The notes: generated by a model from the letters alone, not told the origin. 46,527 bases of DNA from Treponemataceae bacterium (GCA_041666155.1 JBAYHM010000001.1:1-46527), one strand, 5' to 3'; shown: positions 16,787-25,998, counted from the stretch's first letter. Translations and numbers: made by a program.

Positions 16787-19700
16787 ACGTCGGCGGCGTC
16801 CCTGACGAGTACGTCGAATTCGACTCGCAACCGCGCAAGCTCCTCGACGTCGAAAGACGACAAAGCGGCGCGCGTACGGCTTGCGTATCGACCTATTTCG
16901 CGCGATCCGAACTGGACGAACGCAATTTCCAAGGCCGCGACGAACTCGTTCCATTCATCAACGATGAGAGCCGCGGAGATTGACTTCCGGGCGGTCAAAG
17001 CCGCGCCGGAGAGGGCCGCGACGGCCTGCGTCGCCTTTTCCGCTCCGAGTTCCGTCTGTAGCGTTTCGCGCGTTAATGCGGGAAGAGGAACAACCCGCAC
17101 CGGTTCGGACGCCCGAACGACTCTCCCCGGCAGCACGGTTTCCAGGCAGTCCAATAAGTGTGATCTTTCTACGGGTTTTGGAACGATGGTCGCCGAGCCG
17201 TAACCGGCAAGCCGGGACCGGGTTTCAGAGCGCAGGTCGGCGGTCACGATGAGCACCGGAAGGTTTTTCGTCGAGGGATGGTTCCGCAGGGCTTCAAGGA
17301 AGGCGAAACCGTCCACCTTCGGCATGCGCAAATCGGTAAGCACCGCGTCGGGTATCCTGATCTCTATACTGCGTAAACCCTCTTCTCCGTTTAGAGCCGT
17401 TCTGACGGCAGCCCCCCGCGACTCGAGCATTCGACCCATAAGGTCGCGATTGACCGGATCGTCCTCCACAATCAAGAGATCCGTTCCGTCCAAGCGACGA
17501 TCATCGGGAACCGCGTCGGACAAAGAGGATACCGCGCCGTCAGCCGCCGTGGCTGCCCGCAAGTCCGGGATGCGCACTGTAAAGCCGCTTCCCTTCCCCA
17601 CTTCGCTTGTTACGGCGATCTGCCCGCCCAAGTCTTCCGTCAGCCTTTGTACGATCGTCAAACCGAGTCCCGTTCCGCCGTATCGCTCATTTACGTGCTC
17701 TTGTTGGTAAAATGGTTCGAACACCCTGTGGACGGCTTCCTCATTTAGCCCTATTCCCGTATCCACCACTTGAATAACCAGAGACGGCAACCCCGCCGGT
17801 TCGGGAGGACCGACTTCCGCTTCAGATGAGAGAGAGACCGTGACCGATCCCTTATCGGTAAACTTGATCGCGTTACCGATAAGGTTGACCAGAATTTGAC
17901 GTAATTTGGTTTCATCGCCAAGGATAACACATGGAACCGACGGATCGATTATCGACCGCAAAGAAACGCCTTTCTCCTCCGATCGCAAGCGAAACATCTC
18001 CAAAAGATCGGAGACGAGACTCCTGATCCGCAAAGGAGCGCTGTGCCGTGGAGCCTTGCCCGCGTCCATACGGGAAAGGTCCAACGCGTCGTTCAGTAGT
18101 GAAAGAAGACTTCGGCCACTGCGGTCGATTACTTCCACCAAAGAACGACGCGGGTCATCGGTCATCTTTTCCGCAAGGATGCTCGCATAACCGAGCACGG
18201 CGTTCATCGGAGTCCGAATCTCGTGGCTCAAGTTGGCCAGGAACTCGCTTTTAGCCTTGTCGGCCGCTTCAGCCCTATCCTTGGCAACTTTGAGTTCCCC
18301 CGAGATACGCCGCCGTTCCGACAACTCCGCGACCGAAAGCCGCAAACGCTGATCTCGGGACACCCAGGCGAAAACCGCCGCGACGAAAAAGAACGCGACG
18401 GCGAAATACAGAACGAACGCCGCGGGCGTGATCCAGAACGTCGGCGTCACACTAACGCGGAGTCGTACACCGTCCTCGTTCCATACCCCGTTGTTGTTGG
18501 AGGCCTTGACGCGAAACACGTATTGGCCGCCGCTCAAATTGGCGTAGCTCGCGCGGCGCCGGGCGCCGGACGCAATCCAATCTTTGTCGAAACCTTCCAA
18601 CTTATACGCGTAGCGGTTTGTCTTCGGATCCCTATAATCAAGAACAGCGAATTCAATGGAGATGAAATTCTCTTGGTGGGAAAGACGGACTTCCCGCGTA
18701 TCGGCGATTTCGTTGCCTGAAACGAGTTCCCGGTCAAAAACCTTGATTGCCGTGAGCCGAACAGGACTCTTATACGTTTTACGGCCCGGAGAGGCCCTCG
18801 TAACGCGGGTGAGCCCATCAGCGCCGCCGAAATAAAGTCCTCCGGCGGTGTTCCTGAAAGCGGCAGACGTAAATTCAGGGCCTTGCCGCCCATCCTCCGA
18901 CTCCAAAACCCGTATGTCCTTATATTCCGGATCAAATACGCACAGGCCGAAATTCGTACCGAGCCATAACTTTCCGGATTCATCTTCAAGAATCGAAAGA
19001 ACACTGTCGTCGGGCAAGCCGGCTTTTTTGAAAAAATGCTCGAATTTCCCGGTCTTTTGGTCAAAAAGGGAAATCCCGTTCCCAGCCATACCGAACCATA
19101 GACGTCCCTTTGAATCCTCAAGCATGCAGCGCACCGAATCGCCGGTCAAGCTTGATCGATCGGCTTGTTTACGCGTGAACCGGATGAAACCGCCGGTATT
19201 AGGGTCGAATCGATTCAATCCGCCGTTGGTTCCGATCCAGATATCACCCCGGGAATCCTTTTCAATGAAATACACTTGGTTATCACTGAGGCTTTTAGGA
19301 TCATTCGGATCTGCCGGAAAACGAAGGCGTTCCCCCGTCTTCGGGTCATAGCGCTCCACACCGTCACGGGAAAAACCGTACCAGTGCCGCCCATCGGAGT
19401 CTGTAGCGATAGCGTTGCACGGCGCGTCGGTCCCGGTGAGGCGTTCAAAGCTATCGGTCCCCGCGTCGAAGCGATTGAGCCCTTCATCCGTCGCGACCCA
19501 AATTGAGCCGCCTGAATCTTCCATTATATCGTTGACGGTATCGTTGGAAAGGCTACGCGGATTCTTCGGGCGACTGCGATAATGTCTAAAGGAAGCAGAG
19601 TTAGGATCCATTCGATTGAGTCCGCCGTTGTCTGTACCGACCCACAAACTACCGCGAGAATCCTGCAGCGCCGCAAGAACCGCGCCCTTGGAAAGGCTGC

Positions 19701-20760
19701 CGGGAACAAGCGGATCATGGACTATTTTATCGAAGCGGTCGCGGTTTCCGTCCAGCTTATACACTCCGCCGCCATCCGTCCCCACCCACAGCAATCCGGA
19801 TTCGTCCATGAAAAGTGAGTCAACGTCGTCGACGGCCAACGCATACGGACGTGACGCATCGGCGCGGTGGACAATAAACGAGTTTTTTTTCAGATCGAGT
19901 TCGACCAGACCGCCACCCGAAGTGCCCGCATACACCACGCCGTCAAAAGCGGTGACCAGCGAATTGAGCCGATTATCCGGGAAACTCCAGACGCGCGTCG
20001 TCTTCCGATCTTTATCGATGCGGACAAGTCCGCCGCCCCAGCATCCGGCCCAGAGATTGCCCGAGGTATCTTCCGAAAGGGCCGTGATTTTGTCCGAAGG
20101 GAAGTTTCCGATAAATTTGGCGAAGCTATTCGTTTCTCGATCATAGCGCAGCAAGCCTCCGGAGCCGCCTACCCAAAGGACTCCGTCCCTCGTCTGCAGG
20201 ATGGTTCCGACAATGCCGTTCCGCGACGCACCTTCCCGACTGTCTTCGGCGGCACTGTAGGACGTAAAACGACCCGAGGACTCGTCCAACGCGTTGAGTC
20301 CGTCCATGGTGCCTACCCATAAGCGACCGAAACTGTCGCGGTAGACCGCCGTGACGCTATCGTTTGATAAGCTTGACGCGACTTTCGGATTGTGCAGGAA
20401 ACGCGTAAATTTTTTGGTGCCCGTATCGAAACGACTCAACCCTTGCCGGGTCCCAATCCACAAGATGTCCCTTGCGTCCATATACAAGGTCTGCACCTGG
20501 TTATGGGAGAGTGAATCAGCTTTGAAGGGATCATTCGAATAGACGATGAAATCGTAGCCGTCGTATCGATTAAGTCCGTTTTTCGTACCGAACCAGAGAA
20601 ACCCGCGGGAATCCTGGACGATGCTTGAAACGCTGGAATTGCTTAAGCCGTCCTGCCGAGAGAGGCGGGAAAAGCGCGCCTCTTGCGAGGCAGGTTCTAA
20701 AACCGGGAAAAGGAGGAAGAAGAGACAAAAGACAACGCGATGGTGATCAGACTTCCGCAT
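16783..20760 (-). CDS. Hybrid sensor histidine kinase/response regulator with a periplasmic double beta-propeller + Y_Y_Y sensor
   Basis: It has repeated two-component regulator propeller units (LWFGT/LWVGT/IWIGT... x >10) and a TM segment (FWITPAAFVLYFAVAFFFVAAVFAWV). It also has the H-box LANLSHEIRTPMNAV, the G-boxes VVDTGIGL and GGTGLGLTI, and the receiver LLIVEDDPVNRDL...LTDLRMPKVDG. Start taken at ATG 20760 (14-nt overlap with the upstream RR gene); the track start at 20811 is also possible. Confidence 0.9.
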   Translation of the reverse strand: MRKSDHHRVVFCLFFLLFPVLEPASQEARFSRLSRQDGLSNSSVSSIVQDSRGFLWFGTKNGLNRYDGYDFIVYSNDPFKADSLSHNQVQTLYMDARDILWIGTRQGLSRFDTGTKKFTRFLHNPKVASSLSNDSVTAVYRDSFGRLWVGTMDGLNALDESSGRFTSYSAAEDSREGASRNGIVGTILQTRDGVLWVGGSGGLLRYDRETNSFAKFIGNFPSDKITALSEDTSGNLWAGCWGGGLVRIDKDRKTTRVWSFPDNRLNSLVTAFDGVVYAGTSGGGLVELDLKKNSFIVHRADASRPYALAVDDVDSLFMDESGLLWVGTDGGGVYKLDGNRDRFDKIVHDPLVPGSLSKGAVLAALQDSRGSLWVGTDNGGLNRMDPNSASFRHYRSRPKNPRSLSNDTVNDIMEDSGGSIWVATDEGLNRFDAGTDSFERLTGTDAPCNAIATDSDGRHWYGFSRDGVERYDPKTGERLRFPADPNDPKSLSDNQVYFIEKDSRGDIWIGTNGGLNRFDPNTGGFIRFTRKQADRSSLTGDSVRCMLEDSKGRLWFGMAGNGISLFDQKTGKFEHFFKKAGLPDDSVLSILEDESGKLWLGTNFGLCVFDPEYKDIRVLESEDGRQGPEFTSAAFRNTAGGLYFGGADGLTRVTRASPGRKTYKSPVRLTAIKVFDRELVSGNEIADTREVRLSHQENFISIEFAVLDYRDPKTNRYAYKLEGFDKDWIASGARRRASYANLSGGQYVFRVKASNNNGVWNEDGVRLRVSVTPTFWITPAAFVLYFAVAFFFVAAVFAWVSRDQRLRLSVAELSERRRISGELKVAKDRAEAADKAKSEFLANLSHEIRTPMNAVLGYASILAEKMTDDPRRSLVEVIDRSGRSLLSLLNDALDLSRMDAGKAPRHSAPLRIRSLVSDLLEMFRLRSEEKGVSLRSIIDPSVPCVILGDETKLRQILVNLIGNAIKFTDKGSVTVSLSSEAEVGPPEPAGLPSLVIQVVDTGIGLNEEAVHRVFEPFYQQEHVNERYGGTGLGLTIVQRLTEDLGGQIAVTSEVGKGSGFTVRIPDLRAATAADGAVSSLSDAVPDDRRLDGTDLLIVEDDPVNRDLMGRMLESRGAAVRTALNGEEGLRSIEIRIPDAVLTDLRMPKVDGFAFLEALRNHPSTKNLPVLIVTADLRSETRSRLAGYGSATIVPKPVERSHLLDCLETVLPGRVVRASEPVRVVPLPALTRETLQTELGAEKATQAVAALSGAALTARKSISAALIVDEWNEFVAALEIAFVQFGSREIGRYASRTRAALSSFDVEELARLRVEFDVLVRDAADV

Positions 20761-21367
20761 CGCCGGCGGACTCCGGATAAACGACCTTTGCGCAATCGGG
20801 ACAGAGGCCATGAGAAAAAGTGAGCCCCGCGAATTCGCTCAAATAACTTTCCACCTGCTTCCAGTATCCGCCGTCGGTCCGGACGGACTTGCATCTCGCG
20901 CAAATAGGAATGATGTCTTCAAGTCGTTTTACCCGGTCCAGGGCAGTCCGCAATTCGCCGACCAGTTTCCGTTGCGTTTCAAGAGCGACCCGTAGCGCGA
21001 CGTGCGTCGCGACGCGCGCGCGAACTTCCGCCGCGTCAAACGGCTTGGTGATGTAATCCATACCACCGGAGAGAAAGCCGTTCAAGCGGTCGTCCCGATC
21101 GGCCCGGGCGGTCACAAAGATCACCGGAAGATCAGTCCAACAAGGATCGGCGCGTAAGCGCTTCAGGATGGAAAAACCGTCCTCATCGGGCAACATGACG
21201 TCTAAAAGAACAAGAGTCGGCGCGCGCGAACCGAGAACTTCGAACAGTTCCGCCGCGTTCCGCGCGACCGCGAACGAATACCCCTCATCTTTCAGACAAT
21301 GGTGCAAAATACGAACATTTTCAACGATATCGTCCACGATGACAATGAAGGGTACATTTGATTCCAT
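20747..21367 (-). CDS. Response regulator: receiver domain + coiled-coil linker + C-terminal Cys-rich (CxxC...HGxCPxC) domain
   Basis: 206 aa. The receiver has VIVDDIVEN, LVLLDVMLPDEDG and FVTA. The C-terminus reads IIPICARCKSVRTDGGYWKQVESYLSEFAGLTFSHGLCPDCAKV. Confidence 0.85.
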   Translation of the reverse strand: MESNVPFIVIVDDIVENVRILHHCLKDEGYSFAVARNAAELFEVLGSRAPTLVLLDVMLPDEDGFSILKRLRADPCWTDLPVIFVTARADRDDRLNGFLSGGMDYITKPFDAAEVRARVATHVALRVALETQRKLVGELRTALDRVKRLEDIIPICARCKSVRTDGGYWKQVESYLSEFAGLTFSHGLCPDCAKVVYPESAGDAEV

Positions 21368-21373
21368 GCGGGA

Positions 21374-23281
21374 TCAGACGAACAAAGCCGCCGTCTCCTT
21401 CGCGTAGATTTCCACCACTTTATGGCGCATCACTTCCTGCTTATGGGATAGTTCCATGCCGACTTCAAAAGGTTTGAGTAAAAGCTTGAACTTAAAAATC
21501 CGTTCAAAAGCTTTAAAACCGTTCTGAGGACTCACCAATTCCATCACCTCGTTCGCGATCAATTCATTGATTTCAGGCTGCTGGAGCAGCGCCTCATAAT
21601 CGAGAATCGGGATTTCATTATCTTTCGCGAACGACATTACCGCATCCTGGTTCGGCACGATGAGCGCAGCAAGATATTTCTGATCCTGACCGACGACCAT
21701 GCACTGAGAAATGTATTCACTCTCCCGAATCTTTTCCTCAATCGGCGCGGGCTCCACGTTTTCACCGCCGCGCAGAACGATGGTGTCCTTCGCGCGACCG
21801 GTGATCTTGATCTCCCCGTCGCGCGTCATCATACCCAAATCCCCGGTATTGAGCCAACCGTCCGCGGAAAGAACCTTCGCTGTCAGATCGGGCCGTTTGT
21901 AATAGCCTTGCATGACCTGGCCGCCCTTAACCAGAATAAGGCCTTTGTGGCCGGGAGGCAGTTCCTTACCTTGATCATCAACAATTTTCACGGTTGTTTC
22001 CAGAATGATTTGCCCGACGCAGCCCGGACGAGGCTTCCGCTGTTGTCGGACCGCGATAACCGGCGCCGTTTCCGTCAGACCATAGCCTTCCAAAAGCAGA
22101 ATACCGACAGATCCGAAAAAAGCGTCCACTTGCGAAGGCAACGCGCCGCCGCCGGAAATCCCCGCCTGGAAGCGCCCGCCGAGCTTCGCCCTTATCTTTC
22201 CGAACACCAACAGGTTGCCGAGCGCATTGACCGGTGAAAGCAGGATCCAGGGGATAAAGCCCAGGGCCGCGTCGACGGCCCGATTGCGGCCGTGGAAGTT
22301 CGGGACCAAGCCGATCACCATATTTCTCACCGTCGCGTGAGCGATGCCGATGCCGACGAAAAAGTCGAACAAGGTTTTCTTGATGCCGCCATGCTGTTTG
22401 ATATTACGATAAATCCCGTCGCGTACCGACTCCCAGATGCGCGGAACGCTGGCCATCCATTGTGGACGGATTGTCGCGAAGTCGGGGAGCATTATCGATC
22501 CGATCGGCTTGGAGTACGCGATGGAGCTGGAACGGTCCGGGGCTACGTACTGCATGATGCGCTCAAAACTGTGCCAGACGGGTAAAACGGAAAGCCACAC
22601 ATCGCCAGGTTTGATGTCCGCGATCAGCGGAAGGCTCGGCAGCTGGTGCAAAAAGTTCCCGTGAGAGAGCATAACGCCCTTAGGTTCGCCGGTGGTTCCG
22701 GAAGTAAAAATGATCGTCGCCAGATCGTCGCGCTGACCCTTATCTATCTCCGCGTCGATCTCCCCGGGATTCGTCGCCCGACGACCTTTCCCCCGTTCCA
22801 GAACCTCGGCATACTCCAAAACCGTAACCCCGACCGCTTTCGCGCGGGTGCGGAATTCATCGCCCGCCGGATCATAGGTCACCAGGTATTCAAGAAGCGG
22901 CATTTCCGCTTTTCTCCCGAGAATTTTCTCAGCTTGTTTACGATTCTCCGCTATCGTAATGCGGCAATCGGAATAACCGAGGATAAACGCGATCTCCCGG
23001 TCGGTGGAATCGCAACCGCGCGGCACGTCGGCGGCGCCGATTGAAAGGATCGCGATGTCGCTAATGAGCCATTCCTTGCGGTTATCGGAAATAATGCCGA
23101 CATGATCGCCACGTTTGACGCCAAGCTCCAAAAAGCCCGCGGCCAAGTCACGTATCACGTCATAAAATTGCGCAAAACTGGTTGGTTGGAATACGTCGTT
23201 TTGGTCTTTCGAATATTGCGCGACCAGATTGGGGTTAGACCCGGCACGAGCACGGATCATGAGAGGCAGAGTTCGCTCCAT
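21374..23281 (-). CDS. Long-chain fatty acid-CoA ligase (AMP-forming acyl-CoA synthetase)
   Basis: 635 aa. It has the AMP-binding signature IIFTSGTTGEPKGVMLSHGN and later GWLNTGDLG...GRAKDTIVL.GGENVEP. Confidence 0.85.
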   Translation of the reverse strand: MERTLPLMIRARAGSNPNLVAQYSKDQNDVFQPTSFAQFYDVIRDLAAGFLELGVKRGDHVGIISDNRKEWLISDIAILSIGAADVPRGCDSTDREIAFILGYSDCRITIAENRKQAEKILGRKAEMPLLEYLVTYDPAGDEFRTRAKAVGVTVLEYAEVLERGKGRRATNPGEIDAEIDKGQRDDLATIIFTSGTTGEPKGVMLSHGNFLHQLPSLPLIADIKPGDVWLSVLPVWHSFERIMQYVAPDRSSSIAYSKPIGSIMLPDFATIRPQWMASVPRIWESVRDGIYRNIKQHGGIKKTLFDFFVGIGIAHATVRNMVIGLVPNFHGRNRAVDAALGFIPWILLSPVNALGNLLVFGKIRAKLGGRFQAGISGGGALPSQVDAFFGSVGILLLEGYGLTETAPVIAVRQQRKPRPGCVGQIILETTVKIVDDQGKELPPGHKGLILVKGGQVMQGYYKRPDLTAKVLSADGWLNTGDLGMMTRDGEIKITGRAKDTIVLRGGENVEPAPIEEKIRESEYISQCMVVGQDQKYLAALIVPNQDAVMSFAKDNEIPILDYEALLQQPEINELIANEVMELVSPQNGFKAFERIFKFKLLLKPFEVGMELSHKQEVMRHKVVEIYAKETAALFV

Positions 23282-23437
23282 ACAGTCTCCTTGGCGGACG
23301 ATCCCGTCACAGCGAGACCGCCGGGAAGCTTGCGGCGAAGTCGGACAACGACAGTTCCAGCCGCAACGTCAGTATAACAGAATATCAAAAAATGTCAAAA
23401 TTGTTAAAAAAAATAGGCAGGATAGGCATTTGGGCAT

Positions 23438-23477
23438 AAAAAACCCCTCGGGAAAAGGAGGTGAAAAACCCGAGGGG
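23438..23477 (-). terminator. Intrinsic-terminator-like hairpin on the minus strand with no annotated upstream gene
   Basis: On the minus strand the sequence is CCCCTCGGG-(16-nt loop)-CCCGAGGGG followed by TTTTTT. The perfect 9-bp GC stem spans 23444-23452/23469-23477, and the U-tract corresponds to 23438-23443. Confidence 0.4.
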
Positions 23478-23820
23478 CGACCTGAACGAGCGGCGGAAGC
23501 TTAACTAAGATGAAAAAGCTTTTGCTGTCCGCCTGGGAACGGAACTGATGCTAAACGATGGTGAATCGCCGCAAGATCAGGAACTATCGATAAGATATCT
23601 ATTTTCTCTATGTGCGTCAAGCGTTTCGGCCTTTTTTCTTCAAGCTTTTGCGTTCCCTTTCCACAAAACCGAAGCAACCGCGAAGAAAGTGCCTGAATAC
23701 GCAAGCAATTGGCACTGTTTGTTAAGTATGTTAAAAAACCGCGAAAAGAAAAAGGTTACTTACATTTTTGAACGGAAGTGCTAGCATCCGTTAGTTGCAC
23801 AACGGGTTTGGTAAGCAAGA

Positions 23821-24417
23821 ATGAACATCGGCTTTTTTTTAACAAATGGGATGACCAGCGTCTCACCGACAGAAGAAATCGCGCAGATAAAAGATGCGCT
23901 TATCGATCAAAAATACCTTGTTGTCAAAGAAAACGGACTCTATGTCGGCATCTTGACCCAATCCGACGTGCTGCGAAAAGACGGTACGATAATTGCCGAC
24001 TGCTTAACCGAGAAACCCCTCGTTCCGGCCGACCTGGACGTTGGTGAAGTCCTCAACCTCATGCTGGAACATGATTACGGCGCCTTGCCGATCGTCAACG
24101 CGAAGGGTGAGTTCATCGGCTGCATCTCTTTCGATGATATCGTGAACATCCTGTGCGGCATCGTCAGCGCCAAAATCGACATCACGTTCAACAACATCGT
24201 CGGAGACCACGACTTGGAAACCGCCAAGCATGCGTTCCTCGCCGAGATCAACCACCAGATCAAGAATCCCATCCAGGGTATTTACAGCGCGCTCAATTTT
24301 CTGCACAAGGAAACCGGAAAGACGGACCAGGAAATACTCATCCACTCCATTGAATCCAACGTACGCAGAATCGATATTCTCGTGAACGACCTGACGAAGC
24401 ACTACTTCAGGCAATAG
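23821..24417 (+). CDS. CBS-pair domain protein fused to a HisKA/DHp-like helix with no ATPase domain
   Basis: 198 aa with two CBS-like units (...LYVGILTQSDVL..., ...FIGCISFDDIVN...). These are followed by an H-box-like AKHAFLAEINHQIKNPIQGIYSALNFL and a second helix, IESNVRRIDILVNDL. The ORF then ends. Confidence 0.65.
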   Translation: MNIGFFLTNGMTSVSPTEEIAQIKDALIDQKYLVVKENGLYVGILTQSDVLRKDGTIIADCLTEKPLVPADLDVGEVLNLMLEHDYGALPIVNAKGEFIGCISFDDIVNILCGIVSAKIDITFNNIVGDHDLETAKHAFLAEINHQIKNPIQGIYSALNFLHKETGKTDQEILIHSIESNVRRIDILVNDLTKHYFRQ

Positions 24418-24550
24418 AAATGGGGCTACGGCGTAGAAGCCATTGAGATCTAACTCCAGTTATACGTATATTCTGGATTTCCAAGAACGATAAACGCGAT
24501 GAATTGCGTAAAAGAAGTGTTCGCGAAAGCCGGCTGAATTCAGTGCTTGA

Positions 24551-25465
24551 TTAGTCCAAGCGTTTTTTAAACAACTCAAGAAAGTCCCGTTGTGAGTTCT
24601 CAGGCAGGAACGATCGCCGAACCGTTTCTTCTACCTTTGGGAAGCTCTTCACAAAACGCGCCCATAAATTCTCGAACACTTTTTCCGGGATTTCTAAACG
24701 CCCGGAAAAAGCGCGCCAATCGTTTTTCGTAAGGCGGGATTTTTTTCCGTTTATGGTCAGCGCGGTTTCCTCGTGGTCACCGGGAAGGACAAGAACGGTG
24801 GAAACCAAATCGTAGGCGGGAGAAAGCACCCAATCGCCGGGCGCAGTTTCCAGGAGCGAAAAATTTTTCAGGTGCATATCGGCGTTTCCCGAGAGTCGGC
24901 AGAACAGGTTCAGCTCCAAAAAGCGTACCGCGTCCAAACCCGGCTGCCGGGAAAAACGCAAAACTTTTGAAGCGGCTTCAAGGCTTCCCTTGTATTTATC
25001 CGCGGCCGGACGTTCCGACAATTGGCAAAAGTCTTCCTGATGCAGCCGAACGCCTTCGGCCGGTCGATCAAACCGTCGCGAAAGATACGCGAGAGCGCCG
25101 TCGGCCATTCTGATCAGCCCATGCGGAGCCGTCTGTATACCGAGAATCGAAGACAGCTCCATGCATAACGCTTCGTTTTCAGGCAAATGAGGATATTCGG
25201 GAGACGGCGGTTTGAGAATGAAGCGGCCGCGGAAGTTTTGGACCGTCAAACGGCGCGGATCACCCGCGTCACGAGCGAGGGACAATTTAGTCTGGACACC
25301 CGGAATTGGTCCTTTTACGGCCAGCAGCCGCAACCCCTCCTTCGGCAAATCCGCGCAGCCGAAATCGACCGTCAAAGGCTGGCTAACATCGAAAAGCGAT
25401 CGACAACATCGCTGATGGTAGTCGCCGACCTCTGTGGACTGAAAGCATACCAAACACTTAGGCAT
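24551..25465 (-). CDS. hipT: HipT-type toxin kinase (HipA C-terminal Ser/Thr kinase core lacking the N-subdomain)
   Basis: Starts MPKCLVCFQ... It has the loop KGPIPGVQTKLSL, then FILKPPSPEYPHLPENEALCMELS, the catalytic GNADMHLKNFSLL and the Mg-binding SPAYDLVST. The ATG at 25465 overlaps the hipS stop by 8 nt (ATGCCTAA). Confidence 0.85.
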   Translation of the reverse strand: MPKCLVCFQSTEVGDYHQRCCRSLFDVSQPLTVDFGCADLPKEGLRLLAVKGPIPGVQTKLSLARDAGDPRRLTVQNFRGRFILKPPSPEYPHLPENEALCMELSSILGIQTAPHGLIRMADGALAYLSRRFDRPAEGVRLHQEDFCQLSERPAADKYKGSLEAASKVLRFSRQPGLDAVRFLELNLFCRLSGNADMHLKNFSLLETAPGDWVLSPAYDLVSTVLVLPGDHEETALTINGKKSRLTKNDWRAFSGRLEIPEKVFENLWARFVKSFPKVEETVRRSFLPENSQRDFLELFKKRLD

Positions 25466-25790
25466 CGTGTTCGTTCTCCGCGGCATCGACCCCCACCGCT
25501 CCGATCGAATCCCGGCAAAAGGCCGAAAGCAGCGCGAAACGGTCCTTCGGATCGAGCTTCCAGTTCTTGGTTCCCAATTCCAAAAGCCATCCTTCGGGGA
25601 TCAATCCGTCAAAAAAAGGGAACAGCGTTTTGGATCGATAGGGGTCTTGCCTGAGCGGCATGGTCAAGCTAACACCATGCGCGTCCGGCCGCGCCGGATA
25701 ATCGCTTACATAGGTAAACTGGTACCCGTCCTCCGTCTCCTCCAGATAACCGGCAAGTACATCCTTGCACCACACGCGGGCTTTACGCAT
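25458..25790 (-). CDS. hipS: HipS-type protein (stand-alone HipA N-terminal subdomain)
   Basis: 110 aa: MRKARVWCKDVLAGYLEETEDGYQFTYVSDY...LFPFFDGLIPEGWLLE...FCRDSIGAVGV, i.e. the couple_hipA/HipA_N motif set. The ATG at 25790 overlaps the hipB stop by 8 nt (ATGCGTAA). Confidence 0.8.
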   Translation of the reverse strand: MRKARVWCKDVLAGYLEETEDGYQFTYVSDYPARPDAHGVSLTMPLRQDPYRSKTLFPFFDGLIPEGWLLELGTKNWKLDPKDRFALLSAFCRDSIGAVGVDAAENEHDA

Positions 25791-25998
25791 TCTCGCGCCG
25801 CCTGATTGGTCCCGCCTCATACCCGAATAGAGCAAGCACTCGGTTTAAAGTATCCAAGCGCACACTCGCCTTGCCTTGTTCGACATCCCGAATGAAACGC
25901 AAACCGACTCCGGACCGGAGGGCTAGGTCTTCCTGGGTAAGCCCATTACGTTTACGTTCGTCCTTCAATAAGGCGGAAAATGAGGTTGAAATGCTCAT
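25783..25998 (-). CDS. hipB: HipB-type XRE helix-turn-helix protein
   Basis: 71 aa from the internal ATG at 25998: MSISTSFSALLKDERKRNGLTQEDLALRSGVGLRFIRDVEQGKASVRLDTLNRVLALFGYE. The track ORF's extra 48 N-terminal codons lie over the operator array and look non-coding. Confidence 0.8.
   Translation of the reverse strand: MSISTSFSALLKDERKRNGLTQEDLALRSGVGLRFIRDVEQGKASVRLDTLNRVLALFGYEAGPIRRRENA

Noticed and set aside
23501-23784. 67-aa (minus) and 78-aa (plus) ORFs in the 23.3-23.8 kb gap.
   Set aside because: Neither has a convincing SD, I saw no recognisable motifs, and the minus-strand ORF uses a non-ATG start. I kept the region as a finding because of the orphan terminator, but I do not call a CDS.
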